From Patescibacteria group bacterium (GTDB lineage: Bacteria; Patescibacteriota; Minisyncoccia; Phycocordibacterales; BOKC01): DNA of 64,000 nt. The translations under genes and the position numbers were made by a program. Of this stretch, positions 30,988-40,347 are shown one piece after another (positions within the stretch are counted from its first letter, which is position 1; each line of letters begins with the position of its first letter). The DNA is taken from positions 453,640-517,639 of the forward strand of contig JBBTWE010000001.1 in the NCBI GenBank assembly GCA_038062955.1. The letters are read 5' to 3'. The notes under the pieces were generated by a model. That model searched no databases. It had not been told where the DNA came from and was given only the letters and a program-made list of their open reading frames with translations.

Positions 30988-31902
30988 ATGAACTGGTTCT
31001 TCATCGCTCTAATCGGATCACTATTCTACGCATCGACTAACCATATCGACAAATACCTTATTTCTAGGTATTTGAAAAATAGAGAAATTGGATCACTTAT
31101 CATTTTCTCCTCAATCTTTAGTGTTTTTGCTTTACCAATTATTTTTTTCATACGACCGGAAGTCTTTTCCGTAACACTTATTCAAGGTGTAGTTCTGACA
31201 TTAGCTGGAATGATGACAGTAATTGCACTACTTCTATACTTCTATGCACTTTTGGAAGATGAGGCGACAAATGTTGTACCATTCTATCAAACGATTCCAA
31301 TTTTTGCATTCATACTCGGATATATTGTTCTTGGGGAGACAGTTACATCTACACAAATAATAGCCGCGTTAGTGATTATTGTGGGGGCAACAACATTATC
31401 ATTGGAATTCAATGGAAACAGTATTCGATTCAAGGGTAAAGTAGTGCTTTTTATGCTTCTTGCCTCTTTTCTCTATGCTGTGAGTAGTGTCATTTTCAAA
31501 CTTGTGGCACTTGAAGAAGGTTTCTGGCTTTCAACTTTTTGGTCACTCGTTGGTAAAGTGGCTCTCGGTAGTTTTTTTCTTATTGCTATACCTATATATC
31601 GGAATCAATTTTTAACAGTGCTAAAAGAAAACAAGGTTCGTATTCTTGCTTTAAATTCGATTAACGAAACCGTTAGTATAATCGCCGACGGCTTAGTCGG
31701 ATTTGCAACTCTTCTTGCGCCAATCGCCATAGTTTTACTTGCTGGATCATTCCAACCAGTCTTTGTGCTTTTGATTGGTATTACTATCACCATTTTTTTA
31801 CCCCACATATCACAAGAATCGATTTCAAAAAAACATATACTTCAAAAAGTTTTTGCAATATCACTTATTATGGTAGGTAGTTACTTCTTGTTAGGAAATT
31901 GA
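30988..31902 (+). CDS. EamA/DMT family transporter
   Basis: About 10 TM segments, duplicated halves, PIFAFILGYIVLGE. Confidence 0.9.
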   Translation: MNWFFIALIGSLFYASTNHIDKYLISRYLKNREIGSLIIFSSIFSVFALPIIFFIRPEVFSVTLIQGVVLTLAGMMTVIALLLYFYALLEDEATNVVPFYQTIPIFAFILGYIVLGETVTSTQIIAALVIIVGATTLSLEFNGNSIRFKGKVVLFMLLASFLYAVSSVIFKLVALEEGFWLSTFWSLVGKVALGSFFLIAIPIYRNQFLTVLKENKVRILALNSINETVSIIADGLVGFATLLAPIAIVLLAGSFQPVFVLLIGITITIFLPHISQESISKKHILQKVFAISLIMVGSYFLLGN

Positions 31903-31968
31903 CCAGGACATACGCCCCTTGCATTTTTTATCAATACTGACTAGTATAAATGATATAATAGTATTTTC

Positions 31969-32358
31969 ATGACGAAATTAACCCCTTTTGGATATTTAAT
32001 GACACTCGATCTTTATGGCTGTAAAGAGGGTGTTTGTGATGATTTGAACCTCTGCTACAAATTTCTAGAAGACCTTGTGGCAAAATTAAAAATGAAAAAG
32101 CAATCTCCTCCTTTCATTTTTAAAAGTGATGAAGTTAAATACCCAGATAAAGCAGGGTTGAGTGGTTGGGTACCCCTCATTGAAAGCGGTGTTCAAATTC
32201 ACACCCTTACTCCAAAAAATTTTATTTCTATTGATATATACTCCTGCGGGCACTTTTCTACAGAGAATATTAAAGAATTCGTCAAAGATTACTTTGGATG
32301 CAAAGAAGTAGAAATGCACTACATAGAAAGAGGAATTAAATATAACGGTATTCAGTAA
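31969..32358 (+). CDS. S-adenosylmethionine decarboxylase proenzyme-like (SpeD/SpeH)
   Basis: G..MTLDLYGC, GLSG..LIES.V.IHT.P, IDIYSC, IERG; ES self-cleavage site. Confidence 0.85.
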   Translation: MTKLTPFGYLMTLDLYGCKEGVCDDLNLCYKFLEDLVAKLKMKKQSPPFIFKSDEVKYPDKAGLSGWVPLIESGVQIHTLTPKNFISIDIYSCGHFSTENIKEFVKDYFGCKEVEMHYIERGIKYNGIQ

Positions 32359-32502
32359 TTACTACTCTAATGGAACTTCGATAACCGAATAATCTCTCTT
32401 AATTACAGTCTTATAGAAAGTTAGAGATATGGATACGACAGCAAATAAAATCAGTATTACAAGAAAAGATGATGTGGCCTTTTTCATTTCAAAGATTATA
32501 TC

Positions 32503-33816
32503 ATGAGAGTACTATTTATATCATCTAGCAATCTGATTGCTGCCAATTTGGCCTATATAATGAAACAAGAAGGCCATAGTGTTAAGCTCTTTATTGATGA
32601 ACCTGATCGAAAAGAAAACTTTGATGGTTTGGTAGAAAAAACAGATGATTGGCAAAAAGAATTAAAGTGGGTAGGTAAAGGAGAAAATAGTCTGATTGTT
32701 TTTGATGATATAGGTTATGGTAAAATTCAGGATCAACTTCGCAAAGATGGCTATTCGGTCTTTGGTGGGTCAGAAGCTGCTGATAAACTCGAATCTAATC
32801 GACAGTTCGCACAAGAAATTTTTTCAGATTGCGGCATTAAAACTGTTCCAATAAAAGATTTCACTGATATTCCCAGCACAATAGATTTTATAAAGAAAAA
32901 AAAGGGTGCGTGGGTTATTAAACAAAACGGGCATGCTTCAAAAAGTCTCAATTATGTTGCTCATTTTGATGATAGTAGAGACGTCATAAATCAACTTGAA
33001 AATTATCAGAATAATCTAAAAAGCCAAATACGCACAATTACTTTACAACAAAAAATAGAGGGTGTAGAAATCGCATGTGCTAGATATTTCAATGGAACTG
33101 ATTGGGTTGGTCCTATAGAAATGAATGTTGAACACAAAAAATTTTTCCCGGGAGACATGGGCCCGGCCACTAGTGAAATGGGTACGTTGGCATGGTATGA
33201 CGATAATGAAAATAATAGATTATTTCAGGAGACTCTTGCAAAACTAAAACCTTATTTACAAAAAATAAATTTCAGAGGGGATATCGACATAAATTCTATA
33301 GTTAATGAGAGTGGTGCGTACCCTTTAGAAGCCACACCTAGATTCGGTTCCCCGATTATATATTTACATGAAGAAATTCATCGCTCACCATGGGGTGAGT
33401 TTCTTAAGGCTGTCTCAGATGGTAAGAACTATAATTTAAAATGGAAAAGGGGTTATGGTATTGTGATCCTACTCACTGTTCCACCATTTCCTTACACAAA
33501 GAAATTAAGAGAAATGTCTCCCAAAGGAATCCATATTTATTTTGATCAAGTTTTAAGGGAAAAACATTTTAATCATGTCCATTTTGAAGGTGTGGCAAAG
33601 AAAAAAATTGGTAATCAGGATCAATACTATATATCAGACTATCAAGGATATGTGCTGTATGTGACAGCAGTCGATCGTACGGTCAAATTAGCCAGAAAAA
33701 AAGCTGAGAAATTGGCAAAACACATTTATTTTCCAAAAATGTTTTATCGACATGATATAGGTGTTGGTTTTATTGATAATACTTATGATAGGTTAAGGTG
33801 GTTAGGATATATATAA
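32503..33816 (+). CDS. PurD-like ATP-grasp ligase
   Basis: LESNRQFAQ, WVIKQNG, EHKKFFPGDMGPATSEMG, LEATPRFGSP, YRHDIG; divergent N-terminus. Confidence 0.85.
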   Translation: MRVLFISSSNLIAANLAYIMKQEGHSVKLFIDEPDRKENFDGLVEKTDDWQKELKWVGKGENSLIVFDDIGYGKIQDQLRKDGYSVFGGSEAADKLESNRQFAQEIFSDCGIKTVPIKDFTDIPSTIDFIKKKKGAWVIKQNGHASKSLNYVAHFDDSRDVINQLENYQNNLKSQIRTITLQQKIEGVEIACARYFNGTDWVGPIEMNVEHKKFFPGDMGPATSEMGTLAWYDDNENNRLFQETLAKLKPYLQKINFRGDIDINSIVNESGAYPLEATPRFGSPIIYLHEEIHRSPWGEFLKAVSDGKNYNLKWKRGYGIVILLTVPPFPYTKKLREMSPKGIHIYFDQVLREKHFNHVHFEGVAKKKIGNQDQYYISDYQGYVLYVTAVDRTVKLARKKAEKLAKHIYFPKMFYRHDIGVGFIDNTYDRLRWLGYI

Positions 33817-33847
33817 TTTTTAAATTATTGGCTATAATAGCTTAAAT

Positions 33848-35491
33848 ATGAACCCCTTATTATGTCCAGATTCGGTTCCAAGTTTTCTTGGATTTTTTGA
33901 TTTTTCAATAGCTCCACATTTGCTTTTTTATACGTATATACCCGCAATCCTAATATCTATATTCTTAGGTTTTTTTGTTTATCACAAAGAGAACGGCTCT
34001 CTATCAAGTAAATTACTTTTTGCCATTTCCGCTTTCTTTACTTTATGGGTGCTTGATATTTTTATTCTTTGGATTTCGGCCTATAACGATGCGGTGATGT
34101 TAGGGTGGCAAATTACTCCGATCTTAGAAGTGCCAATATTTATATTTTCACTTTATTTCGCATATGTTATTACTGATAAAGACCGAAGTGATATCAAACC
34201 TCAATTAAAATGTTTTTTTATCTTAATAATGGGTGTTGTTTTTTATTTTTTACCGACATTATCAAATATAGTAAGTTACAACATAAGTGTTTGCGAAGGT
34301 TTACCAGGTAAAATGTGGGACATGATGTATGTTGGAGAAATTATTATCATCATGTGGATATTGGGTTTATGTATCGCACGCCATCGTACTGCTCAAAATA
34401 ATATTTTATTAAAAAAACAAATTATATTTATAGGAATAGGATTGATTTCTTTCTTAACATTGTTTGTTGGTTCAAATCTGGTTGGTCAAATTACTGGAAT
34501 ACAGGAAATTAGTTTTATAGGCTCATTGGGAATGGTTGTATTTCTGGCATTGTTAGTTTATCTAATTGTTCGATATAAAACTTTTAACATAAAATTAATT
34601 GGGGCAAATGTTTTAGTTCTCACATTATGGATAGCCACGGCTTCACTGTTTGCTATTGATGAGATAAGTACCATTCGTGCTGTTGTTGCCGGAACATTGA
34701 TCTTAATTACAATTTTTGGCTACATACTTATAAATTCTGTTAGAAGAGAGGTTAGCCAACGAAAAAAGATTGAAAATCTTGCAGGGGAACTTGCGATGTC
34801 AAACGAAGGTCAGAAAAATCTTATTCACATTATGAACCATCAGATTAAAGGCTTCCTTGGGGTAGCCAAGAATATTTTTGCTGAACTATTAACTGGGGAC
34901 TATGGAGTTATGCCTGAACCTTCAAAACCTCTTTTGACTCATGGATTGGAGGAGATGGGTTCTGGCGTGGATTACGTTCAAGGAATATTAAGAGGGGCCA
35001 GCGCTCAATCTGGTGTTCTCCCCTACTCCATGAAACCAGTTGATCTCATGCCTTTAGTGTCTGACCTAATTAAAGAACGAAAAGAGGTGGCAGAAAAAAA
35101 AGAACTGTCTTTTGAATCAAATATAACCCCGGGAGATTATAATATAGTAGGAGACGGAGTTCAGATCAAAGAAGCTTTTAAAAATCTGATTACTAATGCC
35201 ATTAAGTACAATAGCCCAAAAGGCAATGTTAAAGTAGCTTTTGAAAAAGAATACGGAAAGATTATATTTTCGGTAAAAGACACAGGGATTGGTATCGCAG
35301 AGGAAGATAAAGCAAAACTATTCACCGCTGGAGGTGTGGGTAAGAATTCAATCAAACATAACACCGACGCGGCCGGCTACGGACTCTCTTTCGTAAAAGG
35401 CGTCGCAGAGGCTCATAAAGGTAGAGTGGGTTACAAATCAAACAGCCCGGAAAAAGGCACAACTTTCTTTATCGAATTGCCTGTTAAATAG
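33848..35491 (+). CDS. Sensor histidine kinase with HisKA_7TM N-terminus
   Basis: H-box MNHQIK, N-box NLITNAIKY, DTGIGI, GYGL, GTTFFIELP. Confidence 0.93.
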   Translation: MNPLLCPDSVPSFLGFFDFSIAPHLLFYTYIPAILISIFLGFFVYHKENGSLSSKLLFAISAFFTLWVLDIFILWISAYNDAVMLGWQITPILEVPIFIFSLYFAYVITDKDRSDIKPQLKCFFILIMGVVFYFLPTLSNIVSYNISVCEGLPGKMWDMMYVGEIIIIMWILGLCIARHRTAQNNILLKKQIIFIGIGLISFLTLFVGSNLVGQITGIQEISFIGSLGMVVFLALLVYLIVRYKTFNIKLIGANVLVLTLWIATASLFAIDEISTIRAVVAGTLILITIFGYILINSVRREVSQRKKIENLAGELAMSNEGQKNLIHIMNHQIKGFLGVAKNIFAELLTGDYGVMPEPSKPLLTHGLEEMGSGVDYVQGILRGASAQSGVLPYSMKPVDLMPLVSDLIKERKEVAEKKELSFESNITPGDYNIVGDGVQIKEAFKNLITNAIKYNSPKGNVKVAFEKEYGKIIFSVKDTGIGIAEEDKAKLFTAGGVGKNSIKHNTDAAGYGLSFVKGVAEAHKGRVGYKSNSPEKGTTFFIELPVK

Positions 35492-35682
35492 CATCTAATA
35501 TTTGTTATACAAACACCGTAAAAAACCTTATTTTAAGGTATTTTATATCAGAAATTCGCAGATTTACAGCACCAACTATTGACAATAGATTCAAATTCAT
35601 TTATCATCTAGACTGGAATCTAACCATTGTTTTCACAATATTTGTGGGGTGGTTAGAGATGTTACCATAGACGGAGACAAAG

Positions 35683-35877
35683 ATGGGCAGAAAAGTGATC
35701 GGTCATGTCGATGGCGAAAGGACAACGACCGAAGTCGTCAAGCACGACAATCTGGTTTTCGAGAGCAGGTACTACGCCAACAACAAGGACGATGACACAT
35801 CTCGTGGTTCGTTCAACTCGGCCGACAAAGCGTTCGATGCTGCGGAGGAGATGAGCCCGGGAAGTGACGACGACTGA
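35683..35877 (+). CDS. Small acidic hypothetical protein (GC-rich cassette)
   Basis: TTGACA-17-TATCAT promoter at 35579-35607, SD ggag, terminator hairpin at about 35884-35917. Confidence 0.7.
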   Translation: MGRKVIGHVDGERTTTEVVKHDNLVFESRYYANNKDDDTSRGSFNSADKAFDAAEEMSPGSDDD

Positions 35878-35990
35878 CCGGACTGGCTCGACTTTTTCAA
35901 AAAAGTCGAGCCATTTTATTACTTAGTTTTAAAACAGGTCTACGTTATACTAAAACATTAAACTTCAATCAGACTGTAAATTACTAAAGA

Positions 35991-37226
35991 GTGATGAGAA
36001 AAAAAACTTACAAAGCAAAATGTCCCCACTGCGATCCAATTAATAAACATCCCGCCCATATTCAGGAACGTTTAAGTAACTTTTTCTTTGACTTTAAGAA
36101 ATTGCTGATTTCTATAGAAAACAAATTTAAAAACAAATTCCCAAAGTTCTTTAATCATTTAAACAAAATTGTGTTCTATGGCAGTATAAAAACTCTTATT
36201 ACTATAGGGATTTTGAGAGAAGTTGAAATACCGAAGAAAAATGACTTCATCTCAAATCGTACTTTTGTGTTTCTAGCAGCCGCAAAACAAAGAGGAATAG
36301 AAGTGAAAACATTCCAAACTTTTAGTGGACGAAAAACAAATTTTTTTTCAATCATTATTAATGAGAAGAAAAAAATCTTTGAAATATTGCCTCACAATAA
36401 TATCGATTATGTAGAAATGGTTGAATTTGATAATAAAGATAAATTCAAGGAAATTTTACAAACTAATAGATTTCCGCACCCTGATGGAAAATCATTCAGC
36501 AATATCGACCAAGGAATTAATTTTGCCAAACAAAGAAATTTTCCTTTTGTTGTTAAACCTAGCTCTAGTTCTTTAAGCAAACACATTACTTGTAATATAC
36601 ATGATATCTTCTCTTTAAAAGAAGCAATCCGTATAGCACAAATAATTAATAGAGACTTTATTTTAGAAGAACATGTGGATGGACTAGTATATAGGATAAC
36701 TTTAGTTAGACATAAATTTATAGCATGTTGCTTAAGAGAAGCGCCGAATATTGTTGGTGATAATATCCACACGATTAAAGAATTGATAGAACAAAAAAAT
36801 AACCACGAGTGGCGCGGGGAGCCAGAAAAGAAAAATTATACATTGCGAAAAATTAAACTTACAGACAAGACCACCTCTATATTAAACTCCAAAGGATTTT
36901 CTTTAGAAAGTGTTCCAGAAAAAAATCAGAAAATATACTTGCATGACAAAGTAATTCTGGCGTGTGGGGCAGATATTCATGACAGAACAGATGAGATTCA
37001 TCCTGATAATATAAAAATGTTTGAAAAAATATCGGAACTTTGCAGATCCCCTATTATCGGAATTGATTTTATCTGTAAAGATATTTCAAAATCTTACAAA
37101 GAACAAAAAAGTGCTGTTATAGAAGCAAACTCTTTGCCTTACATAGATATGCATCATTATCCGGTTTCTGGAAAACCTAGAGATGTAGGTGGAGCAATTG
37201 CCGACTATCTTCTGTCTTTAAAATAA
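35991..37226 (+). CDS. ATP-grasp protein like the cyanophycin synthetase/GshAB ATP-grasp domain
   Basis: FPFVVKP, EEHVDG..YR, P.IVGD..HTI.ELI..KN, GIDFI..DIS, IEANSLP.I.MH. Confidence 0.85.
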   Translation: MMRKKTYKAKCPHCDPINKHPAHIQERLSNFFFDFKKLLISIENKFKNKFPKFFNHLNKIVFYGSIKTLITIGILREVEIPKKNDFISNRTFVFLAAAKQRGIEVKTFQTFSGRKTNFFSIIINEKKKIFEILPHNNIDYVEMVEFDNKDKFKEILQTNRFPHPDGKSFSNIDQGINFAKQRNFPFVVKPSSSSLSKHITCNIHDIFSLKEAIRIAQIINRDFILEEHVDGLVYRITLVRHKFIACCLREAPNIVGDNIHTIKELIEQKNNHEWRGEPEKKNYTLRKIKLTDKTTSILNSKGFSLESVPEKNQKIYLHDKVILACGADIHDRTDEIHPDNIKMFEKISELCRSPIIGIDFICKDISKSYKEQKSAVIEANSLPYIDMHHYPVSGKPRDVGGAIADYLLSLK

Positions 37227-37840
37227 GACAACGATGGACGAAATCGCAAAAATAAGTTTCTAGGTTTCTTTACGTAAGTATCGAGAATTTTTTTGTACCC
37301 AACTTCCTCGACAATTTTCCATGCTTGAGTATATTCGTCGGTTTCGTGCTTAAGGCAAGATTTTTTGTTTATTTCAATCAACTCTGGTCTTTTTAAAACG
37401 TCTGTAAAGATATGTTCTAAAAGCGCATGGACTATAATGTGATTCTTTAGCAATTTTGGTTCTTTACCAAATTTTTCGGTAAATTCTTTAGTCCATCCGT
37501 AACCAGATTTATGAACTAACTCATGAATAAATCTATTGAGAAAATCCCCTACTTTAACGTGAGCTCCAATAACAATAGCCAGACTATATTGCCTATGACA
37601 AGCCGAGACTACCGACACATCAACGATTGAATAAGGGAATTTCCTGTGAGTCTTTTTCTCAATAGTCGAAAAAACTACAGTTTCAATCGGAGACCAGGCA
37701 TCTTTATACTCTTGAATTCTTTTATCTATCTCCTCTTGAGTTGGAATTTTGTAATCCTTAAACTTTGGAAGAGATAAACAAAAAGGCTTAAAAACCTCAT
37801 CTAGATTTGGATTGTATCTAATATTTACCTTTGGTTTCAT
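37205..37840 (-). CDS. Hypothetical protein with HEXXH (zincin-like) motif
   Basis: FIHELVH plus NHIIVH. Confidence 0.65.
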   Translation of the reverse strand: MKPKVNIRYNPNLDEVFKPFCLSLPKFKDYKIPTQEEIDKRIQEYKDAWSPIETVVFSTIEKKTHRKFPYSIVDVSVVSACHRQYSLAIVIGAHVKVGDFLNRFIHELVHKSGYGWTKEFTEKFGKEPKLLKNHIIVHALLEHIFTDVLKRPELIEINKKSCLKHETDEYTQAWKIVEEVGYKKILDTYVKKPRNLFLRFRPSLSYFKDRR

Positions 37841-37847
37841 TGAATTT

Positions 37848-38675
37848 TTAATTAACCTCTCTCCCCAAAATAAACGCTTCCTGCCCCGCCTTTTCTCTTT
37901 TTCTACAGAAGATAATTAGATTTTTATTTTCCTGGGGCGCGTAGATTTTTTCATCTCCATCCTTCCCCAAAAATTCACCTTTCTTGAGCAAACCAAAGTC
38001 AGAGAAATTTTTTGCTGGAATAAAATTATTTTTTGTATGGTATATCTTGTAAGCTTGGATTGTTTTTTGCGCGTTATTTTTTCCCGGTATTTGTCCTGAG
38101 ATTATATTGTGTAAAATTAGAAAATCCACGATAGCTTGTTTTGCTATTTCAATAGATGAGGTATCAAAATGATATCCACACTCAACACATAGCCCAAAAC
38201 CTCCTTTTTTATTCATATAATAATCAGTTCCACCAGGTTCAAGATCGTCCCACCCAAAAGACTTGATTGGAAATGATAATCTTTCAGCTATATGAAAAGA
38301 CTTGGGTTCGCAAATAATAAAGGGCGAGCTGTTTTTTGTTTTACTAGAATGTATATCAAGGGACGCTTCACTTTCATCTAAATAAGCCATTATTATCTCG
38401 GCACGTTTCCTTTCATAACTTTCCATCTCTTTTGCAGAAAGCATCTCTTTAGGTTTAAATGCACGGTTCAGATTCATTTCGATAAACCTTGTTTTTTTCT
38501 TAATGGCCAGTAAATTGCCATAGATAAAATGCACCTTACCTCTTTCAATTGAAAGTGTCGGTATAATTTCTTTAAATGCTTCGATACCACACGTCTCGTC
38601 ACCGTGAATACCAGCTAGGATAGAAATTGTTTTACCTGGTTTTTTCCCAATAATTGTTTGTATGCCATCTTTCAT
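37848..38675 (-). CDS. Succinylglutamate desuccinylase/aspartoacylase family (M14-like)
   Basis: AGIHGDE, NLNR, LDIHS, VECG.H. Confidence 0.92.
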   Translation of the reverse strand: MKDGIQTIIGKKPGKTISILAGIHGDETCGIEAFKEIIPTLSIERGKVHFIYGNLLAIKKKTRFIEMNLNRAFKPKEMLSAKEMESYERKRAEIIMAYLDESEASLDIHSSKTKNSSPFIICEPKSFHIAERLSFPIKSFGWDDLEPGGTDYYMNKKGGFGLCVECGYHFDTSSIEIAKQAIVDFLILHNIISGQIPGKNNAQKTIQAYKIYHTKNNFIPAKNFSDFGLLKKGEFLGKDGDEKIYAPQENKNLIIFCRKREKAGQEAFILGREVN

Positions 38676-38707
38676 ATCTAAAAAAATTACCTTAATTCGT
38701 ATCAGTA

Positions 38708-39799
38708 TTATTCGACAAAAGAAGTTCTAAGTTTCGCTTCCACATTAAACCTCTTTATAGCAAGTTCAATAAGTGTATCGATCAATTTGCTATAAGATAC
38801 GCCACTTGCTTCCCATAATTTTGGATACATACTTATTGAAGTAAAACCTGGGATTGTATTTATTTCATTTACAATAATTTTATTATCTTTGGTTAAAAAG
38901 AAGTCGACCCTAGCCATTCCCTCACAACATAAAACTTCAAAAGTCTTAATTACCATTTTTTGAATATTTTTTATTGTAGATTTAGAAAGTTCCGCTGGAA
39001 TTTTTAATTCTGCTCCATTTTCGTCTAAATATTTAGCTTCGTATGAATAAAATTCGTGCTTGGGAATTATTTCACCCGGCAAAGATACTGTTGGTTTTTC
39101 GTTACCCAGAACAGAACATTCAATTTCACGTCCAGAAATATTTTCCTCGATCAATATTTTATTGTCATATAGAAAAGCAGAATCTATTGCCTTTTTAAAC
39201 TCTTTCTCCGAACGAACTTTTGAAACGCCCACTGACGATCCCAGATTTGCTGGCTTAACGAAGAAAGGCAGGGCAAGTTCTTTTTTTATTTTTTTGAACG
39301 AGATATATGCAAGTTCGTGTTTTTTATATACTAAAAACTTTGCAATTGGTAACTTAGCATCCCTTAACAATCTTTTCATCACATCTTTATCCATTCCTAG
39401 AGCAGAACCCAAAACACCTGCTCCGACAAAAGGAACGTTAGCAAGTTTGAGCAAGCCTTGAATAGTACCATCCTCACCAAATGGACCATGAAGCACTGGA
39501 AAAAAAACGTCAATCGGCTCATTTGTACTAGTATTTAATGTTTCAATTATTTTTCCACCATCCTGCGCCGCTAAAGCAATGGTATTAAGTGTATGTTTTT
39601 TCTCTATTTTTTCACCTTTCAAAATTAATTTTGATTCGATCTCTGGCAACCAACGACCGGTTTTATCTATACCAATCAAAATTGGTTCATATTTATTTTT
39701 ATCTAAGGCATCTATAATATTCTTTGCGGATCTAATCGATACCTCATGCTCAGCTGATTTTCCGCCATATAAAATACCAACGCGTATTTTTTTATTCAT
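38708..39799 (-). CDS. ddl: D-alanine--D-alanine ligase
   Basis: GGKSAEHEVS, LHGPFGEDG, KPANLGSSVG, NEINTIPGFT. Confidence 0.96.
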   Translation of the reverse strand: MNKKIRVGILYGGKSAEHEVSIRSAKNIIDALDKNKYEPILIGIDKTGRWLPEIESKLILKGEKIEKKHTLNTIALAAQDGGKIIETLNTSTNEPIDVFFPVLHGPFGEDGTIQGLLKLANVPFVGAGVLGSALGMDKDVMKRLLRDAKLPIAKFLVYKKHELAYISFKKIKKELALPFFVKPANLGSSVGVSKVRSEKEFKKAIDSAFLYDNKILIEENISGREIECSVLGNEKPTVSLPGEIIPKHEFYSYEAKYLDENGAELKIPAELSKSTIKNIQKMVIKTFEVLCCEGMARVDFFLTKDNKIIVNEINTIPGFTSISMYPKLWEASGVSYSKLIDTLIELAIKRFNVEAKLRTSFVE

Positions 39800-39934
39800 A
39801 TAATTTATCCATTATAATCTATCATTTACAAATATCATCATAGTATCAAAAGAAATTATATGACACGGTGATTGGTGTCTAGACATAGGTTAAATATACA
39901 AAAAAGCGACCGTATGCTAAAAGAAAATTTTCAT

Positions 39935-39951
39935 TTGACAATAATTGTCAA
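39935..39951 (+). promoter_or_regulatory. Palindrome TTGACAATAATTGTCAA over the -35 box of the rSAM operon
   Basis: 8-bp inverted arms beginning with TTGACA. Confidence 0.5.
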
Positions 39952-40055
39952 AAGTATTAGGGTTAATTTGGATCAACTGAGACTTGTCTTCATCAACATT
40001 TGGTGATGGCAATACTTTTCGTCTCAGGGTTCTTTCAAAAAAAGTTGGTAGAGAC

Positions 40056-40244
40056 ATGAGCCATCAGCAGATACCCGAGCAGGGCAAGGTCACGTTGTGT
40101 GGAGTAGAGGGATGTTGTCCCACAATCGACTTCACGGATCCTCACAAGGTGATTCTGAAGGACGACTTCGGTGGTCAAGTACAACTCACGCACGATCAGT
40201 GGGATGATCTGAAGACCAAGTTCTCGAAGGCCCATCAGGCCTGA
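40056..40244 (+). CDS. 62-aa Cys-containing small protein, candidate rSAM substrate or partner
   Basis: MSHQQ..LCGVEGCCPTIDF..ILKDDFGGQVQLT..QW; first gene of the operon. Confidence 0.75.
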   Translation: MSHQQIPEQGKVTLCGVEGCCPTIDFTDPHKVILKDDFGGQVQLTHDQWDDLKTKFSKAHQA

Positions 40245-40347
40245 GCGGTTCTGGCATCGTGTACGATGTCAGGCTATCAGCTCTCAGCTACGCAAGTGGT
40301 TGGGAGCTGTTTCATTATTTACTAACCCCATTAGAGGATACAAGCAC

